Positions 46,432 through 64,000 of a stretch of 64,000 nucleotides of DNA are shown here, in pieces (position 1 is the stretch's first letter; each line of letters starts with the position of its first letter). The stretch is from the NCBI GenBank assembly GCA_002269645.1, contig NIVC01000136.1, forward strand, positions 434,001-498,000. Reading direction: 5' to 3'. A program made the translations under genes and the position numbers. This DNA is from Macrostomum lignano. Lineage: Eukaryota. The notes under the pieces were generated by a model, which ran no database searches, had not been told where the DNA came from, and was given only the letters and a program-made list of their open reading frames with translations.

Positions 46432-49400
46432 TCAAATCTGCAGCATCAGCCGCACTTCACGAAGAGACACAATAGTAGAGCCAGAGTACCATATCATATA
46501 GCCGTAATTTCGTCTCTCTCGCGAAGGAAAACGTCCGTTAGGGTTGGCTTTATAGCAGTTTTTAAACCACCAGCCTCCTTTTCCAGGAGTGCTTGAGCAT
46601 AAACCAGAGCCATTCTCCTTGTCCATCGTGGAGAACCGCATGCCTCTTTGGGTCTTCAACGCGTCAATGCTGACACTGGACCTGTCCCTCAGCATCTCTC
46701 GGTACGTCATCCGATACCCAGTGCTGGCGTCTCCCACCTGGAATCCCGCGTACTCCGCATGCAGCTCAGAGCCGCTCCACAGCTTCATCTCCACTCTGAG
46801 GGTGGCGCCGCCCTGGCTGAGCGAGTGGATGGCGGAGAGACCTGCGGGAGGAGAGCGGCTGAGTCTGAGTCACTTCTGCTCGGCTTGTCGCCGCTGCTGC
46901 CAGGTGAATCGTCATTCGGATGTTGAGATAAAATTTTACCAGTGTGCGTTTCATAGCAGATGGTGGAGCTAAATTTGTTTATTGCAAAAGCTAAATGCTC
47001 CATTTTAAGCCTTCTGATATCCCAGATGAGCAGCTTTTTTGCTCTTCTAACACAGCAATTTGGGTTTTTAAATTGTATCAGATCAGGACTGAAACGAATT
47101 GTTATCTGAATACTTCGGTTTGCATTCTTGACTGCGACTCAGAGCAATTACTTGTCGGAGACAAGCTAACTTCACACTTTTTCAAAAGTACGTCATGTAC
47201 TCGTATCTATTATAAGGTTTTTATGAGGCTTTAATTTTTTTATCTTTTACATGGCATTAAAGGTGCAAATCTTTATTAGTTAAAGAAATGGCTCCAGGAC
47301 CAGGCTTTCTGCAAACTATAGAGAAATAAACGCAAAAGCTTTTTATTTGCAGCGATTATTGTGGGGTTGAGGAGAATGATTGACCAGTGGGAAGCGGATC
47401 TTCGCAGCTGAAGTACACCAGTGTTTATCGTCACAAAATTGACGATACTGTATTTCTATAAAATGAATTAAACTGTAAGTAAAGCTCCTTAGCTGAAAAA
47501 ATGAAAAATCATAAGTAACAAATAATGTAACAATCAGTCAGTTTCAAGCAGCACCACCAGAACCGAGTCGGCTGGTGCTGCTCTGGCTGGTGCTGCTCTG
47601 GCTGGCGCTGCTCTGGCTGGTGCTGCTCTGGCTGGTGCTGCTCTGGCTGGTGCTGCTCTGGCTGGTGCTGCTCTGGCTGGTGATGCTCCGGCTGGTGCTG
47701 CTCTGGCTGGTGCTCCTCCATTTCAACAAATGCACTGTGGTTGCCAACACAGCAAGCCCGCGTGTCTTGTTCGAACAGCTTGTGAAGGGCCGATCTGTTT
47801 TTTCACTGCTCTTCGCTTCAGATTAGCTTTGGGACTTCCATTTTTCGAAATTTTCTTTGTCTGAACGGAGTTTCAAAATCATTTTCATTGGTAAGTCCAG
47901 AAAACTTTTATCTTTCATTTTACTTCATCTGAAGCACACTATTGGATATCGACGGTCCTAGCGGTATAAAAACCACAGTCAGTCCACAGTCAAGACTGCA
48001 CACACAGTCTTGAGCCAAGGAAACCCAAACTTGGATTCAGGACTCTCCTTGCACTCAGAACCGAAGAACGGATGGTCTCATCTTTTTGGTGAGCTCGAGG
48101 AAAATAATGGCAGCAGCTTACTGGTTTACCTGAAGCAGCCCGAGGACCCGAAACGCAAATCAGTCGGGAAAGGTCAATGTAGAGCATTGCCGTCATGCCG
48201 CAAATTGGACTTAATATCCTATTAAAAGGGCGGGCAGCTAAGCTTTTTATCAATCTTTCATCCGTTGAAAGTGCATGAGTCAACTAGCGTTTCATCATAA
48301 GATTCACATGATCAGCTACCACTCCCGTTATACAATACGAGTATTAGTTGATGCAAAACTGCCGCTCACCGATCCAGAAGTCAGTGCCGTCACCGAACCC
48401 AGTCTCGTACTCAGTCCAGTTTCGTTGGAAACTAACTCTGCCGGTAAGTCGCTGCTGTATCTTCACAAACCAGCGACCGTCTGGAAGCATTTGAAACACC
48501 GCTGTGCGTTGGTCAGTGGCGCTGTGAAGCTTGGCGCAGGACTTCAGACTGGAGCAGCTGACTGCATCTTCAGACGCTTTCATTCTCCATGACGAATCGA
48601 TTTGGCTGGACTTGGAGAGGCACTGCTCAGCAACCAGCGATTTCACCCGCCACTGCACGTGTCGCCACAGGTCAGCGGGCTCCGCCAGCACAGCAGTCCT
48701 GGAAATCGTCAAATCATTTCTTGAACGGTGCAGTTCTACATAGAAATCTCTACCTATAAAAATGAAAACTCTGGGTCTGTGTGTTTGCGTTTGCCTTTGC
48801 CTTTTGAGGCAATTTGTGTTTGCCTCAAATAATAATTTTACATGAATGTACTCTATTTTAAATTAACTCTATCCTAACTATTAACAGATTTTTGTTTGAG
48901 TTTGACCTTAGATTGTACGAGCGTAGAATACATGCAAAAATAGTCCTGTTTTCCCAGGTTTCAAAATGGAATTCCCTAGGTTTAATATCCGCGGGTTTCA
49001 ACAGCTTCTTTATTATAAATTACTATCAAATCAAATAATTCTATTGCATCCGATAGCTAAATAGCAACCAAGCTGGTACTGAAAGAATTTTTAGTACTCT
49101 CGCTAAGACTGCTAAGTCCTGCTCAGTAAATAATATCTATTAAACAAAACAAAATGTCAGCTAACCTGAGATCGCGGCAATCTGTCAAGGTTCTGCAGAG
49201 CAGCCGCACCTGAGCGGACCTCCAGTCTGCCGACGCCATCAGCGGACCGACCTCGAACCGAGCACTCAACGAAGAGCTCACCGATCTCTCAGCAGTCCAC
49301 AGCCGCATGAAATCGACCGAGCGAGGCGACAAATCGGCCAACTGAGTCCTCACAGCATCGCGTGTGGCCTCATCTTGCAGCACCAGATCCAGCTTCAGGT

Positions 49401-50307
49401 AGTGCATGTCTCGGCTGTAGTCATATCTGACTGACTCGCTGCTCAAGCTGGAGACGTTGTGGCACAGCAGAGGCTCGATGAGGAAGTGGCCCTCGATGTC
49501 GAGTGTCTGGTGCACTCGGGCAGAGCAGTTCTCTAGTTTGACGGTGCGGATGAATTTCAGCTGTCGGCATGTCGGCAGAGGTAAGAATCTTTGCCGGTGC
49601 AAGTCCAGATCGAACATGCTGTCGTTTTGCAGCATTACGCGGCTCTGAACCTCATGACAAGATCCGTTTGCAATGATAAAAGCTGATATCTTCACTTTTT
49701 CAAGAGCCTCTTGTGGTGAGCTTCCAAAGTCATCACTGCGCTTCAGCTGGGTATATACTGATTGAAAATGCCGGAGGGGTAAACTTTCCTGTAAAATCTT
49801 TGGACGTGAAAATTTACTTGAATTGTTCTTGAAAACAATCCTTTTGAAGCCGAGTCTCAGAGTGGCTACTGGCTCATCCGGAGTCCACAGGAAGCTCAAA
49901 ACCCGAACCGATGAGCGGTTGTTGGCTGAGACGCTGATGTTGGTCACCGTGGCGAATCTCACAGACCTCGGTGACAGATCCCGCAGTTGACGCTGAGCCT
50001 CTGCGAGCATCCCAGCATCCCTCATCAATACAGGAACGCTGAAGTACAGCTGCTGGGTGATGAAGTCGAATCGGGGAACAATGCCTCTCAGGCTGTCCGT
50101 CACGCACATGAGCGGCTCGACTGCCAAGTGCGGACCGTCGCTCGCTCCCGTGTCGTGCACGAACAGCGCGCAGCCGTTCACGCTGAGCTGCGCCACGAAG
50201 CGGAGCCGCGGAGAGTCAGCGGGAGCGCACTGGGAGACCTGGCCGGCTGCCAGCGAGCAGAGCAGCAGAGCCAACGCTGCAGAAACTCGCAACTGAAAGA
50301 GCTGCAT
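46432..50307 (-). CDS. Secreted fibrinogen-related domain (FReD) protein with two copies of an unassigned N-terminal domain (~643 aa, 3 exons)
   Basis: Exons 50307-49166, 48749-48370 and 46841-46432 total 1,932 nt with consistent phases; the exon-2 acceptor is uncertain. Signal peptide MQLFQLRVSAALALLLCSLAAG. FReD motifs IQQRLTGRVSFQRNWTEYETGFG..DFWIG|LSAIH..LRVEM..FSTMD..GGWWFKNCYKANPNG. Confidence 0.8.
47571..47716. repeat. Intronic 15-bp tandem repeat
   Basis: Unit GCTGGTGCTGCTCTG, about 9-10 copies. Confidence 0.9.
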
Positions 50308-50440
50308 GGCTTTAGATGCAAGGCCTGAATGTCTTTAAACTTTTTATTGCTTTGATTTGCACAATGGAATTCTGATGCGTATCGCAGTGTGTGGACGCAG
50401 CCAAGTTAGAAGCGAAATTCGGGCTGTGCGCTGCACCGGC

Positions 50441-50447
50441 TTATATA
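50441..50447 (-). promoter_or_regulatory. TATA box of FReD gene
   Basis: TATATAA on the - strand about 135 nt upstream of the ATG at 50307. Confidence 0.5.
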
Positions 50448-51261
50448 GAGCTCACACAACGTGGGGGGCATGCCGTCCAATAGTGAAAGCCGCAATAGCG
50501 TAAATCTGTTGAACCTCTCAGCTGGGTGCATCCGAACCCCCAGTCAAACTGTCGAGCTGTTTAGTGCCTGTGCATTCGTGCTGCACCAGCTGAAGTCCCT
50601 GGCCACCACAAGGCACGGCTTTGTTTCTGCGAACTGAAAAATTTGAAGAGCTGCGCGTGACCGCAGGCCGTAGCATTCCATTTAGAAATGGCTGTCAACC
50701 AGCGCATCGCGTAAACAAATTAATTTATTAACTCAGGTTTTCTTAGTCTTCTTCGTTTTTGCTTTTAGCGCATCATCTGAACGAAATACATTTCTTAAAT
50801 ATAAATTCAACAGAGGCGTCTGTAATCTGTCTGTCTGAATCTGTCTTTGTCGAGTGCACCAAACGCCTGCGAGCCAACTCACAGATCAGGAGGAGAGCCT
50901 CAGAAATGATGAGACAGCAGTAGAGTATAAATAAATGACGGGAAACCTTTGAAGTGGGAATCCGAGCAACTGCAACTTGGCGACTGTAGCGCTACTCTTA
51001 TTCGTTTACAGATTAAAGTCAGTCAGTCGCGCTGGTCTATCTTGAATGCTGTTAATTAAATAGCCAGTTGTTTTCATTTCGACAGTCAATCGAGAATTTA
51101 CGAGTACATGGCACACAAAAATCAATCAAACGGAATACTAAAACGAACTACGGGAATTTCCCTTTGGCAGTTGATCTCCGGCATTTCCCCTCCGGAATTT
51201 ACCTGCCAGCAATTTCCCTCTGGCAGCAGAGGGAATCTGGCATCATTCCTTCTGGCCAAAG

Positions 51262-52531
51262 GGGAAGTGCTGGATTGGAAACGCCGAAGAAGAAACGCCA
51301 GAGGGGAAGTGCTGGATTGGAAACGCTGAAGAAGAAACGCCAGATGAGAAGTGCTGGATTGGAAACACCGAAGAAGAAACGCCAGAGGAGAAGTGCTGGA
51401 TTGGAAACGCCGAAGAAGAAACGCCAGAGGGGAAGTGCTGGATTGGAAACGCCGAAGAAGAAACGCCAGAGGGGAAGTGCTGGATTGGAAACGCCGAAGA
51501 AGAAACGCCAGAGGAGAAGTGCTGGATTGGAAACGCCGAAGAAGAAACGCCAGAGGAGAAGTGCTGGATTGGAAACACCGAAGAAGAAACGCCAGAGGAG
51601 AAGTGCTGGATTGGAAACGCCGAAGAAGAAACGCCAGAGGGGAAGTGCTGGATTGGAAACGCCGAAGAAGAAACGCCAGAGGGGAAGTGCTGGATTGGAA
51701 ACGCCGAAGAAGAAACGCCAGAGGAGAAGTGCTGGATTGGAAACGCCGAAGAAGAAACGCCAGAGGAGAAGTGCTGGATTGGAAACGCCGAAGAAGAAAC
51801 GCCAGAGGAGAAGTGCTGGATTGGAAACGCCGAAGAAGAAACGCCAGAGGAGAAGTGCTGGATTGGAAACGCCGAAGAAGAAACGCCAGAGGGGAAGTGT
51901 TGGATTGGAAACGCCGAAGAAGAAACGCCAGAGGAGAAGTGCTGGATTGGAAACGCCGAAGAAGAAACGCCAGAGGAGAAGTGCTGGATTGGAAACGCCG
52001 AAGAAGAAACGCCAGAGGAGAAGTGCTGGATTGGAAACGCCGAAGAAGAAACGCCAGAGGGGAAGTGCTGGATTGGAAACGCCGAAGAAGAAACGCCAGA
52101 GGGGAAGTGCTGGATTGGAAACGCCGAAGAAGAAACGCCAGAGGAGAAGTGCTGGATTGGAAACGCCGAAGAAGAAACGCCAGAGGAGAAGTGCTGGATT
52201 GGAAACGCCGAAGAAGAAACGCCAGATGAGAAGTGCTGGATTGGAAACGCCGAAGACGAAACGCCAGAGGAGAAGTGCTGGATTGGAAACGCCGAAGAAG
52301 AAACGCCAGAGGAGAAGTGCTGGATTGGAAACGCCGAAGAAGAAACGCCAGAGGGGAAGTGCTGGATTGGAAACGCCGAAGAAGAAACGCCAGAGGAGAA
52401 GTGCTGGATTGGAAACGCCGAAGAAGAAACGCCAGAGGAGAAGTGCTGGATTGGAAACGCCGAAGAAGAAACGCCAGAGGAGAAGTGCTGGATTGGAAAC
52501 GCCGAAGAAGAAACGCCAGAGGGGAAGTGCT
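51262..52531. repeat. 42-bp purine-rich minisatellite (~30 copies)
   Basis: Unit AAGTGCTGGATTGGAAACGCCGAAGAAGAAACGCCAGAGG(A/G)G; open as (SAGLETPKKKRQRR)n. Confidence 0.95.
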
Positions 52532-52869
52532 GAAGGTGAAGTTCCGGAGGTAATATACCGGATCGGAGGAGAGATCCAGAGAGAAAGTGTCGGAATGGAT
52601 GAAAATATGAAAGGGCAGAGGCGGAGGGGAAATGTCAGAGGTGAAGGCCAGAGGGAAAGTTTACTATTGTCAGGAGGGAATGATTGAGTGATAGTGCGGG
52701 AAAGGAAATGCCAGAGGGGAAATATGGATGTGAATATAGCGCAACTCGTATCAAAATATTTTCAATCGCCTCATTATACAGAGAACTGCATCAATTAAGC
52801 TCCACTGTGCCTCTAAAGATTGGCGACTTTGATTCATGTTTGATAAAATGGCTTGCTATTCATACTGTT

Positions 52870-53541
52870 AAAATACTGATAGAACAGACAGCACAATACT
52901 GATAGAACAGACAGCACAATACTGATAGAACAGACAGCACAATACTGATAGAACACACAGCACAATGCTGATAGAACAGACAGCACAATACTGATAGAAC
53001 ACACAGCACAATGCTGATAGAACAGACAGCACAATACTGATAGAACAGACAGCACAATGCTGATAGAACACACAGCACAATACTGATAGAATAGATAGCA
53101 CAATACTGATAGAACACACAGCACAATACTGATAGAACAGACAGCACAATGCTGATAGAACACACAGCACAATACTGATAGAACAGACAGCACAATACTG
53201 ATAGAACAGACAGCACAATGCTGATAGAACAGACAGCACAATACTGATAGAACAGACAGCACAATACTAATAGAACAGACAGCACAATACTAATAGAACA
53301 GACAGCACAATACTGATAGAACACACAGCACAATGCTGATAGAACAGACAGCACAATACTAATAGAACAGACAGCACAATACTGATAGAACACACAGCAC
53401 AATACTGATAGAACACACAGCACAATGCTGATAGAACAGACAGCACAATACTGATAGAACAGACAGCACAATACTGATAGAACAGACAGCACAATACTGA
53501 TAGAACAGACAGCACAATACTGATAGAACAGACAGCACAAT
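52870..53541. repeat. 23-bp satellite array 2, left part
   Basis: Same unit as array 1; ends at the 5' junction of the LINE. Confidence 0.97.
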
Positions 53542-53745
53542 GGGGGGCAAACGGCAACTTAAACCGAGGGACTCTGTGACATCCGCCAGCTTTTCGTTTT
53601 TCGAGGAGGCTCTTCCCCCTCCTTTTCGTTCTGGCCTTGCGTGGAAGCGGCTAGCTTCCTCGTCTTGGTCTGCTGGTGGGGGACGGATCCCCCCTGCTGC
53701 TTTTTTGCGGGGCAGGTGGCTGCTAAGTAGTTGGCTGCTGGCTAA

Positions 53746-58832
<5,087 letters not shown>

Positions 58833-58923
58833 TCCTTGTGCTCTTTTACCTTGGGGTTGCGATAGGGGCCTCGCGGCCTATTCGCGGCGCCTGCGCCCCC
58901 CGTCAGTAGTAAGTAAGTAAGTA

Positions 58924-61105
58924 CAGACAGCACAATACTGATAGAACAGACAGCACAATACTGATAGAACAGACAGCACAATACTGATAGAACAGACAGC
59001 ACAATACTGATAGAACAGACAGCACAATACTGATAGAACAGACAGCACAATACTGATAGAAAAGACAGCACAATGCTGATAGAACACACAGCACAATACT
59101 GATAGAACAGACAGCACAATACTGATAGAACAGACAGCACAATACTGATAGAACAGACAGCACAATACTGATAGAACAGACAGCACAATACTGATAGAAC
59201 AGACAGCACAATACTGATAGAACAGACGGCACAATACTGATAGAACAGACAGCACAATACTGATAGAACAGACAGCACAATACTGATAGAACAGACAGCA
59301 CAATACTGATAGAACAGACAGCACAATACTAATAGAACAGACAGCACAATACTGATAGAACAGACAGCACAATACTGATAGAACAGACAGCACAATACTG
59401 ATAGAACAGACAGCACAATACTAATAGAACAGACAGCACAATACTGATAGAACACACAGCACAATGCTGATAGAACAGACAGCACAATACTGATAGAACA
59501 GACAGCACAATACTGATAGAACAGACAGCACAATACTAATAGAACAGACAGCACAATACTAATAGAACAGACAGCACAATACTGATAGAACAGACAGCAC
59601 AATACTGATAGAACAGACAGCACAATACTGATAGAACAGACAGCACAATACTGATAGAACAGACAGCACAATACTGATAGAACAGACAGCACAATACTGA
59701 TAGAACAGACAGCACAATACTGATAGAACACACAGCACAATACTGATAGAACAGACAGCACAATACTGATAGAACAGACAGCACAATACTGATAGAACAG
59801 ACAGCACAATACTGATAGAACAGACAGCACAATACTAATAGAACAGACAGCACAATACTGATAGAACAGACAGCACAATACTGATAGAACAGACAGCACA
59901 ATACTGATAGAACAGACAGCACAATACTGATAGAACAGACAGCACAATACTGATAGAACAGACAGCACAATACTGATAGAACAGACAGCACAATACTGAT
60001 AGGACAGACAGCACAATACTGATAGAACAGACAGCACAATACTGACAGAACAGACAGCACAATACTGATAGAACAGACAGCACAATACTGATAGAACAGA
60101 CAGCACAATACTGATAGAACAGACAGCACAATACTGATAGAACAGACAGCACAATACTAATAGAACAGACAGCACAATACTGATAGAACAGACAGCACAA
60201 TACTGATAGAACAGACAGCACAATACTGATAGAACAGACAGCACAATACTGATAGAACAGACAGCACAATACTGATAGAACAGACAGCACAATACTGATA
60301 GAACAGACAGCACAATACTGATAGGACAGACAGCACAATACTGATAGAACAGACAGCACAATACTGACAGAACAGACAGCACAATACTGATAGAACAGAC
60401 AGCACAATACTGATAGAACAGACAGCACAATACTGATAGAACAGACAGCACAATACTGATAGGACAGACAGCACAATACTGATAGAACAGACAGCACAAT
60501 ACTGATAGAACAGACAGCACAATACTGATAGAACACACAGCACAATACTGATAGAACAGACAGCACAATACTGATAGAACAGACAGCACAATACTGATAG
60601 AACAGACAGCACAATACTGATAGAACACACAGCACAATACTGATAGAACACACAGCACAATACTGATAGAACAGACAGCACAATACTGATAGAACAGACA
60701 GCACAATACTGATAGAACACACAGCACAATACTGATAGAACACACAGCACAATACTGATAGAACAGACAGCACAATACTGATAGAACAGACAGCACAATA
60801 CTGATAGAACACACAGCACAATACTGATAGAACAGACAGCACAATACTGATAGAACACACAGCACAATACTGATAGAACAGACAGCACAATACTGATAGA
60901 ACAGACAGCACAATACTGATAGAACAGACAGCACAATACTGATAGAACACACAGCACAATACTGATAGAACAGACAGCACAATACTGATAGAACAGACAG
61001 CACAATACTGATAGAACAGACAGCACAATACTGATAGAACACACAGCACAATACTGATAGAACACACAGCACAATACTGATAGAACAGACAGCACAATAC
61101 TGATA
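58924..61105. repeat. 23-bp satellite array 2, right part (~2.2 kb)
   Basis: Same unit, more homogeneous than array 1. Confidence 0.98.
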
Positions 61106-61435
61106 AAAATCATTACTGGTAATTCCCGTGCGAAAATGAATGTACAGAGAAATTTGCAAACATTATCTGTCTGTTTGAGTTGCACAGATTTCTGAGTTGG
61201 GGTGTTCAGCCTTTTATAGTTAGCTTTTTGTTAGAAATAGTTTGCGTCTATTAAAATGAGTTTATAGAGTATAAATGTGTTTTCACTTTTTATGCGCTAG
61301 ATTGTTTTCAGTCAGTAAGACTCTTGCAATCAGGGAGACGTAAAAATCAATATTTTTTGTTATTAATAATTAGCAGCAGCAGGCTTGTTAGTCTCCCAAT
61401 AATGTTTAGCATAAGTTCGAAAATCTGGATCTGAG

Positions 61436-61905
61436 TCAACAGAGTGCGCCACTGAGTTGCTCAAGTTTTGATGCTCAAATCTGCAGCATCAGCCGCACTT
61501 CACGAAGAGACAGCTGGACAGAGCCATAGCTCCAGCTGATATACCCTTCGGCCTTCAGCTAGGTGCATCCGAACCCCATATGGCTAGACTGGCGACTCGT
61601 GCTACATCAGTTGAAGTAACGCCACAAGGCACGGTTCCATTTCTTCTTACAGTAAAAATTTAAAGATCTGCGCGTGACCGCAGGCCGCAGCATTTCATTT
61701 CGAGATGGCTATCTTCCAGCGCATGCATGTGTAAGTCTCATTCGGCTTTTCTCTCAGACCTCGGATTCTGTCAGCGTTATCCATCGCGTAAACACTTTGG
61801 CTTTCTATGTTTTCTTCGTTTCTGCTTTCAGTGCATTGCCTGAACGCTGAAGCAAGGAGAGACCTCTATCATGTTGGGGACGAATGTCTGTGTCGAGTGC
61901 ACCAG
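61436..61905 (-). pseudogene. Collapsed remnant of a FReD paralog: upstream region fused to last codons and 3' flank
   Basis: 61457-61511 nearly matches 46415-46470 and encodes GYISWSYGSVQLSLREVRLMLQI*. 61553-61830 matches the FReD upstream region 50518-50790 in blocks. Confidence 0.7.
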
Positions 61906-62850
61906 TCTCGAGATCTGCAATCAGCAGCCAAGCAACAAGGGTTGCAGCAATAAACAGGGTGAAAATCAAGATAGCTGCATAACGAATCTGGCACAGAAGG
62001 AGAACGCACAGAAAGGTTCTTAGAGCGGGACAGGAAAGCGAGACCCACAGATCGAGCCCTACCGCTGGCGACCCTGTGCTGGCGCCCCACAATACCCCCC
62101 ACCCAAATTGCATTTCAAGTTCCTTTCAAAGCACCGCTGGTACAGACCGCATCAAATGACTTCTCCTAAAGATTTTGCAAAAGAAAAAAGAGAATTCTAC
62201 GGGTAGAGAATTATTAAACAGCCTATTGAAAACTGAGACTGGGAATCTCATCTGTCCATCCTGCACTCCACTTATCCCTATAGGCCCTTCTCTACATGGA
62301 AAGTGTCCACTTTTGGCGGGTGCTCACGATGATGAACCCCACAGAATCTCACAGACTGGCACAGATTTTGGGTAGTTTTTCTGCTTTTTTAATGAGACAG
62401 GTAAAATGCCTGTAATTATTGAAAAGCATAGAATAGAAGCGCTCCCCACTGCATACAGTTATCTCGCTTCTCCCGCTCATCCTAAACTTCTGCCTTTCCA
62501 AGCAGAGTCGCAGGCTGTATCTATATATGCGACAGTCATTTTCCACGAGACTGCAACTCTAGCGTAAAAGTAGGCACTGACTTTGGTTGACAAACTCGTA
62601 AATTTACGTAAACTTACCCTCCGTGAAGTAAACTAACGTCAAATAGCGTTTATTTACCTGAAACCACGTTAATCAACCTTCAAGCTATTGGTTAATTAAC
62701 CCCCCCCCCAGTATTACGAGCAACCATCGTTTTCAACGGGAACTGATCGGGAGCATGAGAATTTCCCACAGGAAGTTATCCCGCCGAGATTTCTCCGCCG
62801 AGGTTGTCCCACAGCGAGGTTTTCCCGCAGGGGTTTTCTAGTCGGAATTT

Positions 62851-62899
62851 CAACTCAAATACAGTCTATAGACTAAACTAGACTACTGTATTTGAGTTG
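62851..62899. repeat. Perfect 15-bp inverted repeat, followed by a (CTGTT)n microsatellite at ~62932-62965
   Basis: CAACTCAAATACAGT ... ACTGTATTTGAGTTG with a 19-nt spacer. Confidence 0.8.
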
Positions 62900-63183
62900 G
62901 TATTTGAGTTTAGTTCTGCTCTCCTCTCATTTGTTCTGTTCTGTTCTGTTCTGTTCTGTTCTGTGGTCTGTTTTGTTTAAACTTTTTACACCAAATCAAA
63001 TTTTGCTGTAAAAAATTAAATAAACTGAGATCATGAGTGTATTTGAGCTACACATGATTCTATATTTAAGATGGTTAATATTTTCGAATATGCTTTTTGT
63101 TAATTTAGTAGTAGGGCGAATTATGATACTGCCGCACTAGCACTGGCGAGATAGGCGGCAATGCAAATGTACAGGGAAAAATA

Positions 63184-63730
63184 CACTGCGGAGATATGAG
63201 CCCTATCTCTGTGCATTGGGGACGGCTAAGCACTGCAGAGATATGAGCTCTATCTCTGTGCATTGGGGACGGCTAAGCACTGCAGAGATATGAGCTCTAT
63301 CTCTGTGCATTGGGGACGGCTAAGCACTGCAGAGATATGAGCTCTATCTCTGTGCATTGGGGACGGCTAAGCACTGCAGAGATATGAGCTCTATCTCTGT
63401 GCATTGGGGACGGCTAAGCACTGCAGAGATATGAGCTCTATCTCTGTGCATTGGGGACGGCTAAGCACTGCAGAGATATGAGCTCTATCTCTGTGCATTG
63501 GGGACGGCTAAGCACTGCAGAGATATGAGCTCTATCTCTGTGCATTGGGGACGGCTAAGCACTGCAGAGATATGAGCTCTATCTCTGTGCATTGGGGACG
63601 GCTAAGCACTGCAGAGATATGAGCTCTATCTCTGTGCATTGGGGACGGCTAAGCACTGCAGAGATATGAGCTCTATCTCTGTGCATTGGGGACGGCTAAG
63701 CACTGCAGAGATATGAGCTCTATCTCTGCT
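63184..63730. repeat. 47-bp tandem repeat of hairpin-forming units (~11.5 copies)
   Basis: Unit GCACTGCAGAGATATGAGCTCTATCTCTGTGCATTGGGGACGGCTAA, with internal stem CAGAGATA/TATCTCTG. Confidence 0.95.
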
Positions 63731-64000
63731 TAACACAGGAGTGATAGGAGAAGAGGCGGCCTATTTCTTTACACTGGAGATGGTTAACACTGCAGAGATA
63801 GGAGGAGAGGCGGCCTATCTCTTTGCATTGGGGGTGGTTAACACTGCAGAGATAGGATGGAGTGGGTTAGCTTAGCTGAATGAATGTTAATCTATGTAAT
63901 TGGAAATAATGTTTGCGAAAGAGCCAATCACAGAGCCCGGAGTGGGATGGGTGGTTTGGGGTGGTTCGGTCGAGGGTATATAAGCCCCGAAACTGACAAG

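Noticed and set aside
47509-47826. (EQHQP)n / (LLWLV)n ORFs
   Set aside because: They translate a 15-bp intronic tandem repeat in the FReD gene.
51068-52687. Identification as the Lys/Arg-rich flatworm adhesive protein (Mlig-ap1 type), or of the mucin as Mlig-ap2
   Set aside because: The ORF has no ATG, signal peptide or flanking lectin/VWD exons. The mucin shows no C-type lectin or TSP1 repeats, so no gene symbol was assigned.
63184-63730. CRISPR-like palindromic repeat array (also considered for the 23-, 25- and 42-bp arrays)
   Set aside because: There are no unique spacers and no cas genes, and the context is eukaryotic.

Overview
Eukaryotic (animal) genomic DNA with GC-rich exons, mostly 65-110 bp AT-rich GT-AG introns and many satellites and transposons. 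This pattern is reminiscent of a free-living flatworm such as Macrostomum, but that is inference only. The first 29 kb hold one giant + strand gene, which I rebuilt by hand as 27 exons (1149..29359; 23,919 nt; about 7,970 aa; every intron phase closes). It encodes a secreted gel-forming-mucin/hemolectin-like protein: signal peptide, EMI-like, 4 EGF, 3x(VWD-C8-TIL), TIL/VWC modules, about 19 divergent discoidin (F5/8C-like) modules spaced through Thr-rich tracts, no fourth VWD, and a C-terminal cystine knot. Downstream are a small secreted WSC+PAN gene with a frameshift, a decayed M13-peptidase-like fragment, and a degenerate Gypsy LTR element nested inside a DIRS-like SAP/zinc-finger ORF1. Further on are large 23-bp satellite arrays, a - strand fibrinogen-domain gene with an unassigned duplicated N-terminal domain, and a collapsed remnant of its paralog. 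A 42-bp minisatellite and an intact LOA/R1-type non-LTR retrotransposon (TAATG-coupled ORFs) inserted inside the 23-bp satellite complete the window. No rRNA, functional tRNA or CRISPR array was found.
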